Positions 61,048 to 64,000 of a stretch of 64,000 nt of DNA are shown here, piece after piece (position 1 is the first letter of the stretch; the number at the start of each line of letters is the position of its first letter). Location: the NCBI RefSeq assembly GCF_021869535.1, contig NW_026262734.1:17546001-17610000 (forward strand), in the 5' to 3' direction. The notes under the pieces were generated by a model. The model was given only the letters and a program-made list of their open reading frames with translations, ran no database searches and was not told the DNA's origin. This DNA is from Mytilus californianus (Eukaryota). A program made the translations under genes and the position numbers.

Positions 61048-61385
61048 AAACTCATCGAAGTTGAAGAGCACTGCAAGCAAAAATTCCAAAAAGTTGTGCA
61101 AAATACGACTAAGACCATCTGTGCATGGCAATAGAAAACTTAAGTGTGTCGAGCAATCAAAAATTTTATCAACAGAAAATTTATGAAAAACACCATAGTT
61201 ATGATATTTCAGTGCTGATTACTGGGCTGGTGATCTCCTCGGGGATAAAACGTCTACCAGCAGTGGATTCGATCCAGTGGGTGTAAAAACTCATCAAAGA
61301 TACCAGGCTTATATTTTGTTACATCAGACGCGTGTTTTGTCTGCATACGACTCATCGGTAACGATCGAATCAAAAGTTAGGTCAA
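61048..61385 (-). mobile_element. Retrozyme monomer
   Basis: Hammerhead followed by CCACTGGATCGAATCCACTGCTGG...CCCCGAGG...CACCAGCCCAGT and ending TGCTCTTCAACTTCG; aligns with the 46-kb units. Confidence 0.85.
61322..61363 (-). ncRNA. Minimal hammerhead, two core mutations
   Basis: CGTTA-CCGATGA-GTC GTATGCA GAC-AAAA-CACGCG-TC-TGATG. Confidence 0.7.
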
Positions 61386-63561
61386 AATCAAACACTTAGA
61401 TAAAGAGAATTGCATTGAAAAAGACGTAATATAATGGCATCAGTGCACATAACATGTATTTCTAGTTTAAAATAAATTGATAGACTCTTACCATAAGACA
61501 AGGAAGCCAATATTTTACAATGAGGAATAAATTTAACAGAAGGGCTAGACTGGATAGACTAGAGTAGGCAAACACTTTGAAAATTGTACATGTAGTTTGA
61601 CTGATCATGAGGGAAGTAAAACAATCTTTTCGGCTGATTGAAAATGTTTATTAACTGAACATTTACAAGCACTGTTACATCTGAAATTAGTTATTGAGCA
61701 CTGGTCACTGAGCAGAGAGTACTGTCGGGAACTGGCTAATACCATCATCTTTATTAAAATTACGTAAACGTATGGTATGATACTAAGTTCATGGAGGATG
61801 AAACGTGTTCTAAAATATTTTTCAACAGGCGCACTATATTTATAAAAATATGCGAAACACTCGGAGCATCAAAATCATGCAAGTACCGGAGTAATTGCAA
61901 TTAGGTGAATGCTACTGAAATTGATATATTAGATTTACTGGATGCATAGTGTAGTAACAGTATTTAAAATATCATTTTGAATATCTGAAAAGAATATCTT
62001 AATACTTAATTTAACTCTTAAAAGTATGTAACATGTTTATGCCTTGACATTTCGAATAAATGTAACTATTCTATTTATAGCTAAGTGAATACTTTATAAC
62101 TATAATGGGATCAAAGAACTGTAAATAAGAGGCGTTAGTAGTTTCCTGGTGATCGAATCTTATTTATCTATTACGAAATACAAATAAAAATAAAAAACAA
62201 AATTTGAGGGAAGTACATTTTCCCCAAAGAGAGCGAGACCGGGATGGGCTACAGGGTAAGCATCGCCAGCTATACATAAAATTGAGAATGGAAATGGGGA
62301 ATGTGTCAAAGAGACAACAACCCGACCAAAGAGCAGAAAACAGCCGAAGGCAACCTAGCCACGGGAATCCACACTCAGTAAAAATTTCGCAATCGGGAAT
62401 TGGACATAATTTGTAAATATTAAAGATCAAACATTCAAATTCTACGCACGGAATTGATAAAGTGTTGTTTAATTTAAAATGTTTTGGTATCTGATATAAA
62501 CATATGTTTAAGACCAGGAAAACATGTCGTTATTGGGTTGAGATTCAGATAGCGTATTTGTCAAGTAATACGTGATGGTGACCGTAAAATATACCCTAGT
62601 GCGTTTTCAATCGTTCTTCATTATAAATCTGTTGGAGCACCACCACTTAATGAAATCTCTCAAGTGAGCAAATACACGAACGGACAATATTAATTGAGAT
62701 TGGTAAACGTCATACGAGAAGACTAAGGGTATGTAACTGTTAAGAAATGTACAGTGACAATTGTAAAGGTGAAAACATCACGTTTGATATACGTTCTAGT
62801 TTGTATTAGTCCATCTGTGTCCATTTAAAAGAAACGATCAAGAAATTGAAGCAAACTCATTAGTTTTGGTAGTATCCTTTATCTCAAGTTCACTGGGATA
62901 ATATATGAGATGCAAGCACGCACTGAAATATGAGTATAAAATAGTAAATTATTAGTATCGTTTGACATATAAAAGATGAGAAAAAGAAAATCCTAACTCT
63001 TCTTGATACCAAGGTTTCATAGTTATCCTTAAAGCAACTTTTATAGGTTATAGATATTTATTTCATATCGGTTAAGAATTAGCTTCTCTTATTGGATATC
63101 AAGTGGCACATGACATTCTTTATTCTTTAGAAAAATAATCCATCGGTCTTTAACAGAACCAGAAAACCGGTCGTTCACGGACTTTAACATGTTAATGACC
63201 AGTGGGTCATGGTTTCTCTGTTTAGAGTGATGTCTCTTTAATAAAACGCAATCGCGATTCAGACGTTTGGACCATTGCTAAACTGGAAGGCACGTCTGCT
63301 ACAGACAACTCAAATGATCGTAGAGCCGAAGCTGATAGAGACAAACTACGCAGCAACAAGAATTATAAGATAATAGAAAACTTTATTTTGTATTCATAAA
63401 CTGAAAAATTGCACTTAAATGAATGGCAGTGACTTATAATTATCACTATGACTGGTCTTCACTCTTTCCTATAGAAATCGTACAATAACTCGAGTTTGCT
63501 TTGAACAATTTGAATTTATGAGAATTATTAAAATATGGTTCCTCAATGAAATAATCATGAC

Positions 63562-63736
63562 AGTTATTGAAGAACTGGTCATTATCGTGATATATGGACT
63601 GCCCACATGACAGTGGTATTGACTAAGACAGCGATAATGACTGAGTCTTAGGCGAGGTCATTATCGCTGTCGCAGTCAATGCTACTATCCTGTGGGCAGT
63701 CCATATATCACGATAATAACCAGCTCTTCAATAACT
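63562..63736. mobile_element. Long imperfect hairpin element (80-bp arms; Crypton-like, tentative)
   Basis: Arms 63562-63641 and 63657-63736 (e.g. GTGATATATGGACTGCCCACA/TGTGGGCAGTCCATATATCAC) around TGAGTCTTAGGCGAG. Confidence 0.65.
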
Positions 63737-64000
63737 ATTATATAAATCTATAACTATTTTCATGATTATCAACTACTGTTTTACTAGCAGAGAAAAGGTC
63801 CTCAGAATTATGTGAACCTTTCTTCTCTGATGGGGTGTGTTTTAGAGTAAGACAATAAACAAATTCCAAAGATCTATCAGAGTTAATACATTCTTCTCCT
63901 GTCGTATATATGAAGTTATAATTACAGTTATCTTATCTATCTTCACGAGTTTTAGTCTTTCAACTCTATCAACTCAGGAAAAACTGACAAAAATAGTTTT

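Noticed and set aside
61490-61608. Hydrophobic ORF with GTAAGA donor as the gene A signal exon
   Set aside because: Ends in phase 0 while all acceptors at 60602-60608 are phase 1; kept only as a possible ancestral exon.

Overview
AT-rich (roughly one-third GC by eye), intron-rich eukaryotic DNA. The repeat families match those I recognise from mytilid mussels, so a Mytilus-like bivalve is inferred. There are no prokaryotic features, rRNA, tRNA or CRISPR. (1) Three tandem paralogous genes lie on the minus strand (A ~56.4-60.7 kb, B ~43.3-47.3 kb, C ~22.9-30.3 kb), mostly missed by the ORF track. I reconstructed them from splice sites and exon phases. Each encodes signal peptide - one complete LDL-receptor class A (LDLa) module - a conserved 4-Cys 'half-LDLa' (C-x6-C-x4-C-x6-C) - a Ser/Thr mucin stalk of very different length - one transmembrane helix. 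(2) A near full-length, decayed Penelope-like retroelement has the permuted Naiad-type order (GIY-YIG, CxC linker, RT) and pseudo-LTRs (7.46-10.96 kb), with about ten short 3'-end copies elsewhere. (3) At least seven minimal hammerhead-ribozyme (retrozyme) copies are present: one has an intact core and two sit in a 356-bp tandem dimer. The retrozyme monomer begins with the same ~65-nt structured leader as the Naiad element, which links the ribozyme elements to a candidate autonomous partner. (4) Other mobile DNA includes Helentron-associated (HINE-like) elements with ~160-170-bp internal tandem units, a Harbinger-like MITE in two inverted copies, a Tc1/mariner-type MITE filled with palindromic minisatellite, an orphan L1/Tx1-type ORF1, an Academ-like transposase relic, long hairpins and abundant SINE-like repeats.
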